Positions 1 to 13,437 of a stretch of 64,000 nucleotides of DNA are shown here, piece by piece. How positions within the stretch are numbered: position 1 is the stretch's first letter; every line of letters begins with the position of its first letter. The notes below the pieces were generated by a model. That model was given only the letters and a program-made list of their open reading frames with translations. It was not told the DNA's origin and searched no databases. This DNA is from Octopus vulgaris (taxonomy: Eukaryota): positions 3,658,001 to 3,722,000 of the forward strand of contig OX597816.1 of the NCBI GenBank assembly GCA_951406725.2, given 5' to 3'. Made by a program: the position numbers and the translations under genes.

Positions 1-70
1 TGGGTGTGGAGATCGATTTGTAATTGTGAATCCTGGTTGGTTAGGATCGGTTGTTCAATTACTTCGAAGG

Positions 71-114
71 ATGATGATGATGATGATGATATATATATAT
101 ATATACATATATAC

Positions 115-165
<51 letters not shown>

Positions 166-430
166 GATAACATACATATACATACATAATACATATACAT
201 ATACGTATATATATACATATATATATATACATATATATATACATATACATATACATATATATATACATATACATATATATATATACATATACATATACAT
301 ATATATATATACATATACATATACACATATATATATATATACATATACATATATATATATATATATATATTTATACACACACATAGCTGCACATACCTAC
401 ATACACATAAACATACATATTTGTGTGTAT

Positions 431-462
<32 letters not shown>

Positions 463-470
463 GCACATGT
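71..470. repeat. Compound microsatellite (GAT)n/(TA)n/(CATA)n/(CA)n
   Basis: Directly visible; explains the YI/HT-repeat ORFs. Confidence 0.95.
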
Positions 471-875
471 AAATTTGTATGCATGTATATAAGTATAAAA
501 AGTTCATGTAGTGTTATTCATTTATTGGCAAGACAGATTCCGAGATAGATATCGCTAAATTAGTTCTCTGGCTAATGTCTTTGGGACTAAAATGCTCGGG
601 AAGCAGCGATTAGCGGAACAGCCGTCAATGAGATAGAGAGAACATCAATATTTGATGAACCAAATTATCTTGCTTAATTGGTGGCCAGCGTTGCAGTTTT
701 CCGATTATATTATCGCTGGCAAACAATACAACACAATATATATATATATATATATACAGGAATGTATATTATCATAACTGTATTTATAAATATCCAGATA
801 CCCGTATCTGGGTATCTAATATAGTATGCTATATTTGTTTTGACCCTGTCATAGTAGTAAATAACATTAACATCA

Positions 876-938
876 ACAGCAGCAGCAGCAGTAGTAGTAG
901 CAGTAGTAGTAGTAGTAGCAGCAGCAGGCAGGGACCTA

Positions 939-1001
<63 letters not shown>

Positions 1002-1002
1002 C

Positions 1003-1035
<33 letters not shown>
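876..1035. repeat. (CAG/TAG)n and (TAA)n microsatellites
   Basis: Directly visible. Confidence 0.95.
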
Positions 1036-1257
1036 TTCCAAAAAATATTCAGACAAATACATAACAAAAACACCAGGACTTACAAACACATATAACATAC
1101 AGAAAATTGCACTACTAGGCACTGCACACATCCTACACAGAACACTTTCCATACAATAACAACAGAGCATCACAACAAATCACAGCACATACCCAAGGCA
1201 CACAGAGCTGCGCTCGGTAGTGAAGTGAAAGCACGCTATAAAAATAAAACTACGGAA
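1036..1257 (+). mobile_element. 3' end of R4/Dong-like (RLE) LINE within a (TAA)n tract
   Basis: Translates as KYSDKYITKTPGLTNTYNIQKIALLGTAHILHRTLSIQ* (stop 1157-1159), matching the QK.ALLGTA.IL C-terminus of RLE LINEs; (TAA)n on both sides. Confidence 0.8.
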
Positions 1258-1268
1258 TAATAATAATG

Positions 1269-1341
<73 letters not shown>

Positions 1342-1354
1342 TAATAACAACAAC

Positions 1355-1505
1355 ACCGAAAAATACCTTAGGAATGAGAACCGATGTTTGAAATTTCCCC
1401 AAGACACCTGATGAAGGCTGGAGGGTATATCAGCCAAAACGTTGTGTTAACAACAAACAAGATGAGGACAAATATCCATTAAATGTAAATAATGTAAATA
1501 ATTTA
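1355..1505 (+). mobile_element. Headless copy of the hammerhead-carrying short element (family of 52318-52770)
   Basis: Near identical to 52633-52770 (aataccttaggaatgagaacc...aagacacctgatga...gatgaggacaaatatcc). Confidence 0.85.
1403..1448 (+). ncRNA. Minimal type I hammerhead motif with G12A change
   Basis: GACAC-CTGATGA-A-GGCTG-(10 nt)-CAGCC-AAAAC-GTT-GTGTT; GAAA reads AAAA in this copy. Confidence 0.65.
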
Positions 1506-1689
1506 GAAAGAATGGCCGCAGTCATATGACTGAAATAAAAGTAAAAGAATAAAAGAATATATTTATGCATGCATATTTATGTGTGTTGATAAGATTAAAA
1601 TCCTCATCAATATTCTAATACTTCAAAGTATATTTGTAGCTGGTTTATTTGAAACCAATATCGGAAACGTTTAAGGAGCCGAACTGTGA

Positions 1690-1890
1690 GGATCGTTAGC
1701 AGATCAGGCGGAATATTCAGCGGCGTTCTGTCCGGTTCTTTACTTTCTGAGTTCAAATCCCGCAGAGGGTAACTTTGCCTTTCCTTACTTCGGAGTCGAT
1801 AAAATAAAGAATCACTCAATGCGAGCGTCAATGTAGTCGCGTTACACACTCTTCCCGAATTGCTGGCCTTGTGCTAAAATTAGAAAGAAT
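1690..1890 (+). mobile_element. Degenerate Meta-type SINE
   Basis: ttctgagttcaaatccc...ctttgcctttc...gtcgataaaataa, similar to the intact copy at 40706. Confidence 0.7.
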
Positions 1891-2008
1891 ATTAGATATT
1901 AGGACTATATATATCGATCCTCGTTGCGCTTAATGTAAGCCCTCCACCTGCACAAAAATTTGAAAGCGAAAACCGAAACCAACAACAACTGTGGTACACA
2001 TTTTGAGA

Positions 2009-2211
2009 CTCTCTTTTACTTGTTTCAGTCATTTGACAGCGGCCATGCTGGAGCACCGCCTTTAGTCGAGAAAATCGACCCCGGGACTTATTCTTTGTAA
2101 GCTCAGTACTTATTCCATCGGTCTCTTTTGCCGAAGCGCTAAGTGACGGGCACGTAAACGCACCAGCATCGGTTGTCAAGCAATGCTAGGGGGACAAACA
2201 CAGACACACAA

Positions 2212-2242
<31 letters not shown>

Positions 2243-2413
2243 CATATATACGACAGGCTTCTTTCAGTTTCCGTCTACCAAATCCACTCACAAGGCATTG
2301 GTCGGCCCGAGGCTATAGCAGAAGACACTTGCCCAAGATGCCACGCAGTGGGACTGAACCCGGAACCATGTGGTTGGTTAGCAAGCTACTTACCACACAG
2401 CCACTCCTGCGCC
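2009..2413 (-). mobile_element. tRNA-derived CORE-type SINE, family A (head GGCGCAGGAGTGGCTGTGTGG, internal TA/CA microsatellite)
   Basis: About ten related copies in the window; CORE-like CTTGGGCAAGTGTCTT. Confidence 0.9.
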
Positions 2414-3042
2414 TATTTATATTTAACGTTTTTCTTTGGTCACTAAGACTTTTGCATAAATCATGATTGTGTCAATTCATCGTCAGCATATTCTGTATAG
2501 GAACTGAACTACCCACGACGTATACGAGAGTCACGTAGTTCCAGTGTATACATATATGCAGCATAACAGTTTTTTGCTCTGAATAGCCACCGCCCTATGC
2601 AACTTTATATGGGTTAATTAAGAATAAAGGGTTTAAGATCTTCATGATATCTATTACTATTCATATGTGCTTATTGGATGCTACGTTCTGTCGTTAATTA
2701 TTTGGAACAGAGTCACTTGATTAATTATATGTTGATGGCTTATTAATATGCAAGAATGCATTATAGAGTGAATATGACGAAAGAATTATGAAGCCAGGAT
2801 AGAAAATGACACATTGTAAGTGCCTCTTAATAGGTTGAGGGTTATCTGTGTAATGGACAATACTCGAGAGAATTACCAGTATAATAAAACAATTAATTCG
2901 TCACGATTAATTATCATGTAAAATGATATTCGTTTCCTAAGTCATTATCGTGTAAACAGATCGGAATCATTGAGATGGTTCAATGGTTCATTCATACTGG
3001 AATTCTTCAACTAATTACACCATCTATGTAAGTCGAAACCCT

Positions 3043-3145
<103 letters not shown>

Positions 3146-3429
3146 CACCTCATTTAGACTTTCACTTTGAAAATTAGTGATTATTAATACCTGATTCAAG
3201 TCAATCGTGAACAAAACCTCTTGAACAAAACACAATTTAAGTCGGCAAACTGACTGGTGAATTTCTACTGTTCTAAAGGCTTCCTATTGCTTTTGTACGA
3301 GATACGATACTTTTTGGCAAAAGAAAACAATAAAATAGGTACTAGACTTTTTTTTAAAATGCTGGGGTTGATTTATTCCACTAAATTCTTCAAGCCGGTA
3401 GACCAGTAAGGGTTTCCACTCCAATAAAT

Positions 3430-4380
3430 CGGTATGAAAACGAATACCCAAAGTGATGGGTAACAGACAAAATTAAACCCATAGCATACAATTATATTAC
3501 AAACATAAAATATGGAAGTAAAGAAGACACAGACAAAGGATTTTTGAGAAGAAAGTGCTAAATAGATTGAAGAATAAAATGAAGCCGCCCGAAAACGTCA
3601 TCAAGGTTCTAGCTCCCTCTGCGACACGACGTTGATACAAAAACAATATACAATGTCATTCGGAGAAAGATTGTCTTGGGAGAGATATAGAGAATCCACT
3701 TGTTATTGCACAAACATCAGCACAAGGAATATTGGTGGAACATTCTCTGTCAAGTGTAAGCATAACAGGCCAGATATTGTTATTTGAGATGACAAAAAAA
3801 AATGTATACTGCCATAGAGGTCAGTTGTCCTGTTGACGTGAATATCAAAGAGAAACAAGATAACTACGGACAACTGTTTTGAAACCTCCAGCTTCTATAT
3901 CCAGATTATAAATTTACATTTATACCAATAATGATTGGTGCCCTTGGTTTTGGGAGTAAAGGCCTGAGTGACAATCTGGATAAGCTCGGATTTCCAGAAA
4001 AAGAAATCAACCAACTGATTCGCACATTACAAATACAATCTGTAAGTGGCACAGTGAAATTATGTAAGACTTTCCTCAAGTTTAAAATATGACATTGTTT
4101 TCGTTATCTACATTCCAAAGATGAAGATTTGTATCTTTGCTAGAAACCAACTCCTTCTTCAGAGGAAGAATTTGAATAATGAAAACAGAAGAGAAAATTC
4201 ATACATACATACATACATACATACATACATACATACATACAGACAGACAGACTAACAGGCAAAAATACCCTGTTGTTAATGTTGCAATTCCAATGAAGGA
4301 GCTTTGGATCAAGGTTACAAACCGGTTCTCTCTCTATTGGCAAAAAATCTTGAAATATAAGTGAATAATGACATACATAC
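3430..4380 (+). mobile_element. Degraded RLE-clade LINE (R4/Dong-like) C-terminus and 3' UTR
   Basis: Frameshifted peptide LRHDV...EYWWN...KHNRPDIVI...IEVSCPVDVNI...FIPIMIGALG...SVSGTVKLCKTFLKFKI*, containing RHD and PD-(D/E)xK restriction-like endonuclease motifs; 3' UTR runs into (TACA)n. Confidence 0.85.
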
Positions 4381-4843
4381 ATATGTACATGCTTACATGA
4401 ATACACACATACATACATACATACATACATACATACATACATACATGCATATATATGTATACAAACATGCATACATATATACAAACATGCATACATACAT
4501 GCATATATACATACATAATACATATATACATACGTATATACGTACTTCCATACATGCATACATATGCATACATACATATATACATACGTACGAACATACG
4601 TACTTACACACATACATACGCATGCAATATCACAGTATAAATTTGATATGTCATCCATTGGTGTAGTTTCATTCGTATAAATATCTCAAATGGACTTATT
4701 TGTGTGTCTACATCGACATTTCAATATCCATACGTTACACTCTTTAATACACACATCATAATAAAATATGTATGTATATGTGTATAATTAGTTATGAATA
4801 CATGTATATATATATATTTATATGTGTGTGTGTGTATGAATGC

Positions 4844-4879
<36 letters not shown>

Positions 4880-5209
4880 GTATGTGTGTGTGTGTGTGTG
4901 TGTGAACTACAGTTTTCAATTTCACTTTTATTTAGGAAAACCACACGTAGATTATTCAAACCATTGATTTATGCTTGTAAAACGAGGTAAAATTAATTAT
5001 TTATAAATTACTAACGCAATTGTGCGTTAATTTCTTTAGTTTATATTTATTATATTAAAATCTCAATTTTATGCAAGACGTATCTGGGAAGTAGAATCAA
5101 TGGCGCTTAAAACAATGTCTTAAGCTGTCGGCGCCATCTTGAGCATACATATATACATATATGTGTGCATGTGTGTATATATACACATAGATAATGCATA
5201 CATACATAC

Positions 5210-5240
<31 letters not shown>

Positions 5241-5246
5241 CATACA

Positions 5247-5277
<31 letters not shown>

Positions 5278-5324
5278 GCATTAGAATACATACATCAAAC
5301 AAAGCATAGAAATTTGAACATATA

Positions 5325-5525
5325 CATACATACAAAAATACCCTGTTGTTGATGTTGCAATTCCAGTTAAGGAGCCTAGTATCTACGTTAGAAACCGGCA
5401 CTTTCTCTATTGGCAAGAAATCTTGAAATAAAACTGGATAATGACATACATACATACATACATACATACATACATACATACATACATACATACATACATA
5501 CATACATACATACATACATACATAC
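5325..5525 (+). mobile_element. Solo copy of the putative LINE 3' UTR at 4255-4380, embedded in (TACA)n
   Basis: aaaaataccctgttgtt...aaatcttgaaata occurs at both 4260 and 5335. Confidence 0.75.
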
Positions 5526-5734
5526 TGATATGCTCAGTATAGAAAACGCATAGCAGTGTTCAAATGAATTGCGAATTCTTCACCCTGGGTAGGGTCCACG
5601 GCGTCACTAGTGGCTGTAAGAGAAATCCAGCAGAAGGTAATCTGGGGGAAGTACTCCAGCGAAACAGAATTAGGATTCTAGGGTCATCCGAATTTATTCT
5701 CAAATGGAGCCTCTAAACTTTCTATCTCCCTAAA

Positions 5735-6050
5735 GAGGGGAAAGGATCCCTTCGGTCACGAATGGCCATGAGATTGCGCCTAGAAAGTTACTCTCCGAGG
5801 CACAAGTCCGAGCAAAGATGTTTATGGAAGACCAGTAGTCGTCCATGCGTACCATCCTCCCCTTCTCCACACCACCGATGTTATCCAAATGAAAGGCAAA
5901 GGGGCCGATACAGCTTGGCACCAGTGACATCGCAACTCATTTCTACAGCTGAGTGAACTGGAGCAACGTGAAAATAAAGTGTGTTGCTCAGGAATCGAAA
6001 TCGCTACCTCATGATTGTGAGCTCGACTCTCTAACCACTGAGCCACACCA
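5735..6050 (-). mobile_element. tRNA-derived CORE-type SINE, family C
   Basis: Reverse complement begins gtggctcagtggttagagagtcgagctcacaatc; related to 57492-57865. Confidence 0.8.
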
Positions 6051-6606
6051 ACTCAAGTCCTTGGACACTCCCTACACCTTATCCCGATCTGTAGTTTTCC
6101 CTCTCGAGAATAGTGGGCGGAGAACTGGACGGATGGAAAAATACAATTGTACATCCGGCTATCGACAAACAGTTAAGTCTTGGTTGACTTGGCATTTTGG
6201 CTGATCATTTGGCTAAAGTTTCCCGACTAACGTGAGCAATTCATGCCAAACATAAAATCCTCCATTTACGTATTGTCGTAACTCTATGGCAGGTGGTTTG
6301 AGGTACGTAACGTGAGGAAAACGAAAAAGCCCAAACATTGTGAAAGTACGTCACATCATCTCACTTCTCTCATCTCTCATCTCTCATCTCATGTGCGTTG
6401 TTTAAAACTTCTCTTGCATTTTATCCTTATATAATCTCTCCGATTATTAAACATTGTTAAATGATAATAACAAAGATTATTCTATATTTTATATCAAATA
6501 GAATAATAAAAAATCGATTCTGTGTGTGTAAACATAGATTTGTTCTCTAGGGATTTGAAATTAAATGCTCGAGATAGAGTAAGAGAGAAATAGAGTTAGT
6601 GAGGGA

Positions 6607-6659
<53 letters not shown>

Positions 6660-6878
6660 CCAGCAGATAGACTATGAATATTTTGGATTCTTCTAAGAAT
6701 CTTTCCAGTTTCCATCGAATCGATTCCTCTGTGTTCCTCAAACTACCTCCTCCCACCTCTACTCTTTCTCCCTGTCAGAAAAACATCGTATAAAGATTCT
6801 GTCATAGAAAGTTGCAGCTTGGAAAATAACTATATTTACACACACACACACACACAATGGATTATTTACTTATCCCAT

Positions 6879-6880
<2 letters not shown>

Positions 6881-6952
<72 letters not shown>

Positions 6953-7055
6953 TATATACATATAAATATATAAATATATATATATACATATATATATATA
7001 CATATATATATACATATATATATAAACATATATATATATATACATATATATAAAC

Positions 7056-7102
<47 letters not shown>

Positions 7103-7163
7103 TATATACACATATATATATATACATATATATATATACACACATATATATATAAACATATAT

Positions 7164-7252
<89 letters not shown>
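6881..7252. repeat. Long (TA)n/(CATA)n microsatellite
   Basis: Directly visible. Confidence 0.95.
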
Positions 7253-7254
<2 letters not shown>

Positions 7255-8320
7255 CGTATGTATGCATGTATGTACAGTAGGTGGGTAACGTTGTATTTAA
7301 TACATTCCCATACACTCAAACGCAGACAAGATGTTTGCTGTGGAAGCTGTCTCGAGAGAGAGGAATTGTCCTTCCAGACATTGTATGTGAAGACACACCA
7401 TTGCGCCATGAATGACGTCATCGAACTGTAAAACACGTGTTTCTGCGTCCAAATCTTTCGTTCGCAGTCCATCAATAACTCTTCTCATATTCAAACAATT
7501 TCCGCAGCGAAGATATATAGTCCTGTCTGGACTCTCAGGGTCATTGACACACAACAGCTACCATAATCCAACAAGGATCCGGTTTAGAAACTACCAGCTT
7601 TTATACTTTTTTGAAGGAAAATAATAGTGAAAATTCAATATCTATGTCGAAATTTTCCTTGTAATACTCAAACCAAGAGCCTGGATATCTTCTGGCAACA
7701 ACGAGCATTGTCGATAAAGCTGCATCATTCATTTAGATACTTTGAGATTACCGAAGGTCAGAGACGTTCTCTAATTACTGTAATCAGAAGAATTACTTTA
7801 AGGGCAGCTTCTATATGTCTTATAAAATAATTGTGTGTTTAATTCTTGCTTAAAATTATTGCTAAGTATTTTAGCTTTTCTAATTCTCTTTATTGGACAA
7901 CTAATAGTGTAGAACAAATATCTTTCGTTTTTGTTGAACATTCCGGCCACTTTGTATTGAAATTCTTGGCCACAGTTGTTTTTAGAAAGGCTTCACTAGA
8001 CCCTGTTTCTTTTAACAAAAGCTAAAGTAGGTGTTAGAAGCAGAAACATTTGTTGGACCCCATCACCAAAGGTTTACATAAGTTAAATATATATATATTT
8101 TGCTTATGTGGATATATTCAAGATTTATTCTCTCCGTCTATTTATTTTCTATAGCAAATGGGCATAGCCCCAACCAAGTTTGAGCTAATTGCAGAGCACT
8201 CTCGGCAAAGAAATGTTACATTTAGGCGATTTACGACGTGAACAGTGAGGTTCGTGTCATTTCTCTCTCTGAATATATATATATATATATATAAGAAAGT
8301 GAAGTTGTAAGGTACCGCAC

Positions 8321-8353
<33 letters not shown>

Positions 8354-8436
8354 AGAAAGTGAAGTTGTAAGGTACCGCACGTGTGGAAATATATATGAAA
8401 GAAGGTTTGAAAATACAATTTTAAAGATGTTTATTC

Positions 8437-8478
8437 CCTTGACCGGTTTCACTTTTTTAGAAAAAGATTGTCAAAAGT
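8437..8478 (-). ncRNA. Type I hammerhead motif, U3:A8 core variant
   Basis: Reverse complement CTT-TTGACAA-TCTTTTT-CTA-AAAAAGT-GAAA-CCGGTC-AAG; palindromic ACCGGT helix III and GUC cleavage triplet. Confidence 0.6.
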
Positions 8479-8718
8479 AAAATGTGAAAGCTTTGTATAA
8501 GCTTTGTTGTGTTAAGTACTGGTTGTCACAAAAGTATTAAAATACATATACACATTCTTTGATAATAATAAGAAAATGTTAAAAACAGTTTATAAGGAAA
8601 TATATGAGAAAATATTAAACAAAAAGCATTACGAGTTCAATAAAAATCATGTTTGTTTGGAACTATCTATATAAAAACACAGCAGTATTAGGACTTCAAT
8701 AAACATGTTTGTTTGGTA

Positions 8719-8773
<55 letters not shown>

Positions 8774-9253
8774 GAAGGAGATATATTTAGGAGTGTACAA
8801 AGAATTTGAGATGAACCAACCTGTTTTAGCATTTTTAATTTTGCGTGAATCTAAGCGTTGTTTGCTATTTTAAGGGACAGTGTGGGAGGTTGGTTGGGGT
8901 GGGGGAAGATCAATGTGGAATTGAAAGGATTTTTTGTTTCTGGGCTAGTCTATCATGGTTCAGTGGTTTTGGGGACTGGTCTTAGAGGTCAGAATGGTGT
9001 GAGTGTGTGTGTCTCTGTGTACGTCTCTATGTGTGTATATACATGTGTTTGTGTTTGTGTGTGTGAGCCGTTTTTGATTGGTCCCCGAGTTTATTGTGGT
9101 GTGTGCAAATGTGTAGGATGGTGTGTGTATATGTGTGCACGTTTGTGTGTGTGTGTGTGTGTGTGATTAATATTTGTTAGGGTGTTGTGTGTGTGCGCAT
9201 GTGTGTATGTGTGCATCTGTGGGTGCGTGTGTATTCTTGTGTTTTTTGTATAC

Positions 9254-9305
<52 letters not shown>

Positions 9306-10789
9306 ATATATATATATATATATACATGTATAAATATATACACAAATACAGATGCATAGGCTATCATATATGATAAATACACATACACACACAAAAAAAA
9401 AATAATAGAAGTTCCCTGTGCTAATCTTTCACTGCCTAAACTATAAATGTTATATTCGAAGAAAACAAAAGTTTTTCCCGAATGACATAATACAAGATGA
9501 GATGAGATGCATACAAAAGCAACGAAGACAGTGTTTCGCTCTCTTCACTTATTTCGGTCTAAACAGAATTGATTAAAAAGAAACAGCTATTAATAGAATA
9601 GATTTCCTAAAACAGCAACGATAGCTGGCGCCACCTCTAAGCATGGGTAAATTCCAAACTATTCTACACTATCATACAGAAACTTAGCTTGTTAAACGAA
9701 AATGATTTTCCCCCAAATAGACACTTATTTAGAGGGCGCTGGCGTGGCTGTGCGCTGAAGAGTCTCGCTTTGCAACCATGTGGGTTTTGGGTTCAGCCCC
9801 ACTGCACGGTACGTGGGTAAGTGTCTCACCCTGAACCAAAACGACCAATGTCTTCTGAGTGAATATGGAAACTATGTAGAAGTACGTCGTGTACACACAC
9901 ACACACGCACACACGCACACACACATACACACACAGTTCCTAAGAGCATTTTAGCTCTTATTTCTAGCAATGTACGTGTTTCCTAACACCCTGGTCACAT
10001 TTAGTAATAATTATAATTCTCCATTTTGGTAAAACGTTGCAAACTGCTGTCTACATCAATATATAAATATGTGTGTATGAGTGTTTGTGTGTGTGTGTGT
10101 GTGTGTTGGATTGCATCCGAGATTGTTTCTCCTACTGCTCGGCAACCGGGGTTGGTTTGTTTTTCCTCCCTGTAACTTAGTAGCCTGGCAAGAAAGACTG
10201 ATAGGATAAATAAGGTGTTATGGTATAGTAATAATGAGTTGTGTCTGGGGAGAATCATTTTCTTTTTGTGCTTTATAATGTAACACACTCACTGGTAAAA
10301 TTTCACTGGAAAATAAAAATAAGAAAAAAGTGGAAATTTTACCGGTGAGTAAATTTATAAAGCTCAAAAAGAAAATGACTCTCCCCAGACACAACAGAAT
10401 ATGTTTCAACACACGAACTCATATAAAGAATCTTGCAAACCAAATCCAAAAACGAAATAATGAGTTGAGCTTCAAGCAAAGGGAACAGACGATGAAACAA
10501 GATGGGAGAGGAGAAATACTAAACACATGTAAGGCATGCGATTCTAAATTAAACATCAAACGATCAATATCAGCATAATATACACAATACTATTTCTATA
10601 ATGTTAAAGCAATCCGAATTTTACGATTAGAAATCTAAAATTGAAAAGGCAGCGCTTGCCAGGAAATGTCTTGTTCGATTGACGAATACATCCGTTGTCT
10701 TCAGTTAGATTATGCATTGCTACGAGGATATGATTGGTAACAGTTGCCAATGATGTGTTGTCGTCATAGCAAGGCACTTCACTCTGAAT

Positions 10790-10822
<33 letters not shown>

Positions 10823-10982
10823 CAAATATATTACTGCGAATGGCTTTGTTAAGCAGTACCAATATTTTCAATGCTATAAATAATAATATTAATAGTAATT
10901 TATAAGTGATCACTGCGCAATGATTAAAGAAAATAGTCTGATAATGGGGCATATAAGCCCTCCACAGAAAAAAAATTAGGTT

Positions 10983-11059
10983 TTTCCGTGCGCTTGTAAC
11001 TCGAACCCACACCTCTCTGTTTACGCGACCGAGTGTGCTACCGATTATACTAGCGAACC
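10983..11059 (-). pseudogene. tRNA-like pseudogene or SINE head
   Basis: GGTTCGCTAGTATAATCGGTAGCAC...GGGTTCGAG has A/B-box-like motifs but poor acceptor and anticodon stems. Confidence 0.5.
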
Positions 11060-11201
11060 TACCTGTTTTTTCTGTCAGATTTAAGAACTATAGTTAGTTC
11101 GTAGTTGTTTTTGTAAACAAACTTTCATGTGCTTTTACCGTGAATGGTTTTGTTAAGCAGTGTCGATTTTTACAATTCTGTAAATAATAATAATAATAGT
11201 G

Positions 11202-11529
11202 TAGTGAAGGCGCATGGCTTAGTGGTTAGGGCATTCGGCTGACGATTGTAAGGTCGTGAGTTCGATTCCCGGCGATGCGTTGTGTCCTTGAGCAAGACAC
11301 TTTATTTCACGTTGCTCCAGTCCACTCAGCTGGCAAAAATGAGTTGTACCTGTATTTCAAAGGGCCGGCCTTGTCACACTCTGTGTCACATTGAATCTCC
11401 CTGAGAACTACGTTAAGGGTACTCGTGTCTGTGGATTGCTCAGTCACTTGCACGTTAATTCCACAAGCAAGCTGTTCCGTTGATCGTATCAGCTGGGACC
11501 CTCGTCGTCGTAACCGACGGAGTGCTCCT
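11202..11529 (+). mobile_element. tRNA-derived CORE SINE, family B (similar to the octopus OR-type SINEs), with 11-bp TSD
   Basis: Head ggcgcatggcttagtggttagg...gagttcgattccc; CORE-like tgtgtccttgagcaagacactt; TSD taataatagtg at 11191-11201 and 11530-11540. Confidence 0.9.
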
Positions 11530-12108
11530 TAATAATAGTGTTTTATAAGCTTAAAGCTTATAAGCGATTACTGCGCAAAGACCAAAGAAAATAGTCCAAT
11601 AATAGAGCATATAAGCCCTCGATAGAAAAAATTAGGTTTTCTTTAGTCATTGCACGGTGATCGCTATATATAAATATACACCCTTATGATTTACACGGTA
11701 AAACTTTCTAATTCTGAGGCTTATCGTACGCAGTTTAAAACTAGTTATTTGCTGCTGGTTATGTGAATGCGCCTGCGCCCTTGATTTGAGTCCATAATGT
11801 TATAAGGATGCAGCTCCCACGCGTTCCTTCGGTACGTATTAAGCTTCATAATTATGCACTGTTCCAACTGATGAACTACGAATGACAAATTAATTTATTT
11901 GCTCATTAATAGGGAAAATCGAGTATGAGATTAACTAAAAATAATAATTCCTTTCATTCTAGTGCTTTATCGGCGTACCTTTAGAATTATCTTTTCGGGG
12001 TTTGGGATTAACTGCCCTTTTTAGCAGGTAAGAAGTCCTGCCATGAGTTTTCTCTTCGTGTATATATCTTTATATACTCTTTATATATATATAATATATA
12101 TATATATA

Positions 12109-12175
<67 letters not shown>

Positions 12176-12633
12176 GTGTGTATCTTTCCCTTGTTAACAA
12201 CTAACACGGAAAAAATAGATAAATAGTTACCAGTGTAGCAAAAAATCACACAAGTAAAGAGATTGTAACTCCTTGTTTTTAAAGGTAGAAACTTCGGATT
12301 TACGTGGAATTTTTTGTAATATATATAAATGAATAAATGGAGTTTAACGCAGGTATAATTTAAATACTTTTACAAGCGTGCATACCGATGTAAACATTGG
12401 CAAAAACACACCTTTAGTTCATATAAGTAATCTCTATCATTATATATAATTCAAACATTAATTTTCTTTTTATATTCAACATTCACTAAAAATATCCCTC
12501 CTCTTTCTATAAGCTACTTCTGATGTTATATCATATAACGTTTTTTCAAACAATATTAATAGCGTTCAGTAAATTACTATACATATCCATCATTTTCTGT
12601 TAAAATATCTTATTGACGAATTTCATTTCTTCC

Positions 12634-12718
12634 CTACCCTGAAGAGAAGATTACATTGCTTTACACCATTTATTCTTTTGAATAATATCAGTGAAATCTT
12701 CGAAACATGTGTCGGAAG
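12634..12718 (+). ncRNA. Type I hammerhead ribozyme with intact core
   Basis: CTACC-CTGAAGA-GAAGATT...AATCTTC-GAAA-CATGTGTC-GGAAG. Confidence 0.75.
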
Positions 12719-13274
12719 TAAAAGTATTTGAATTATACCTGCGTTAAACTCCATTTATTTGTTTATATATTGTTTATATATATATATATATATATATACA
12801 CACCAAATTAAATGTGTGCCTTATTAAGCAATCTGAACCTGAAGGCAAAATTAATGGATGTCATAAAAGTGACAAAAGGTACTGACTAGCACCACTATTG
12901 CTAGAAATAAGAGCTAAAACAACTCAAAAGCGCTCTTAAACGTGTATACAAGGGTATTCTCCGAGAAAACACGTTTAAAGAAAGCGGCTATCGTTGTAAA
13001 CATTGGCAAAAACATATCTTTAGCTCCTATAAGTAATTTCTACCAATCTATAAAATTCGATTTCACTTAACCCTGGAATTTCTACCTTTATAAATAAGCT
13101 GTAATATCCTTGCCCCTTATTTGAATTTTTGCTACCCTGGTAACTATTTATTTTTTCCGTGTTATTTGTACACATTGAAAAATGCACACACATTTATATA
13201 TATATATATATAATCTTTTGAAGTATATGTAAATGGGTGAATGAATTATCCTTTGTTTCCAGTTAACATGGAAA

Positions 13275-13331
13275 ATTCACGCAAGTAACAAGGATTCACG
13301 CAAGTAACAAGGATTCACGCAAGTAACAAGG
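13275..13331 (+). repeat. Three copies of a 19-bp tandem repeat (attcacgcaagtaacaagg)
   Basis: Three exact units visible. Confidence 0.9.
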
Positions 13332-13437
13332 ATGTAACGACCTATTCAAAGGCAGAAACTCCGGGTTGATGTGCAGTAATTTGTATAGTATAAGTAAATA
13401 AATGGAGTTGAACGCAGGTGTTATTCAAATTCTTTTA

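Noticed and set aside
4-472. YI/HT/CV-rich ORFs here and elsewhere (4140, 6862, 43113, 46845)
   Set aside because: Translations of microsatellites.
2173-2466. Recurrent MSSNARGTNTD and RNWYLIYRP ORFs that look like a paralog family
   Set aside because: Chance frames through high-copy SINEs.
4285-4330. Hammerhead-like text in the LINE 3' UTR (tgaagga...aaaccggt)
   Set aside because: No CUGANGA core or closing stem I in either copy.
7412-7421. CRE palindromes TGACGTCA (also near 42338 and 46187)
   Set aside because: A few 8-mer hits in 64 kb are uninformative without other context.
11868-11890. Isolated CTGATGA
   Set aside because: No stem II or GAAA follows.
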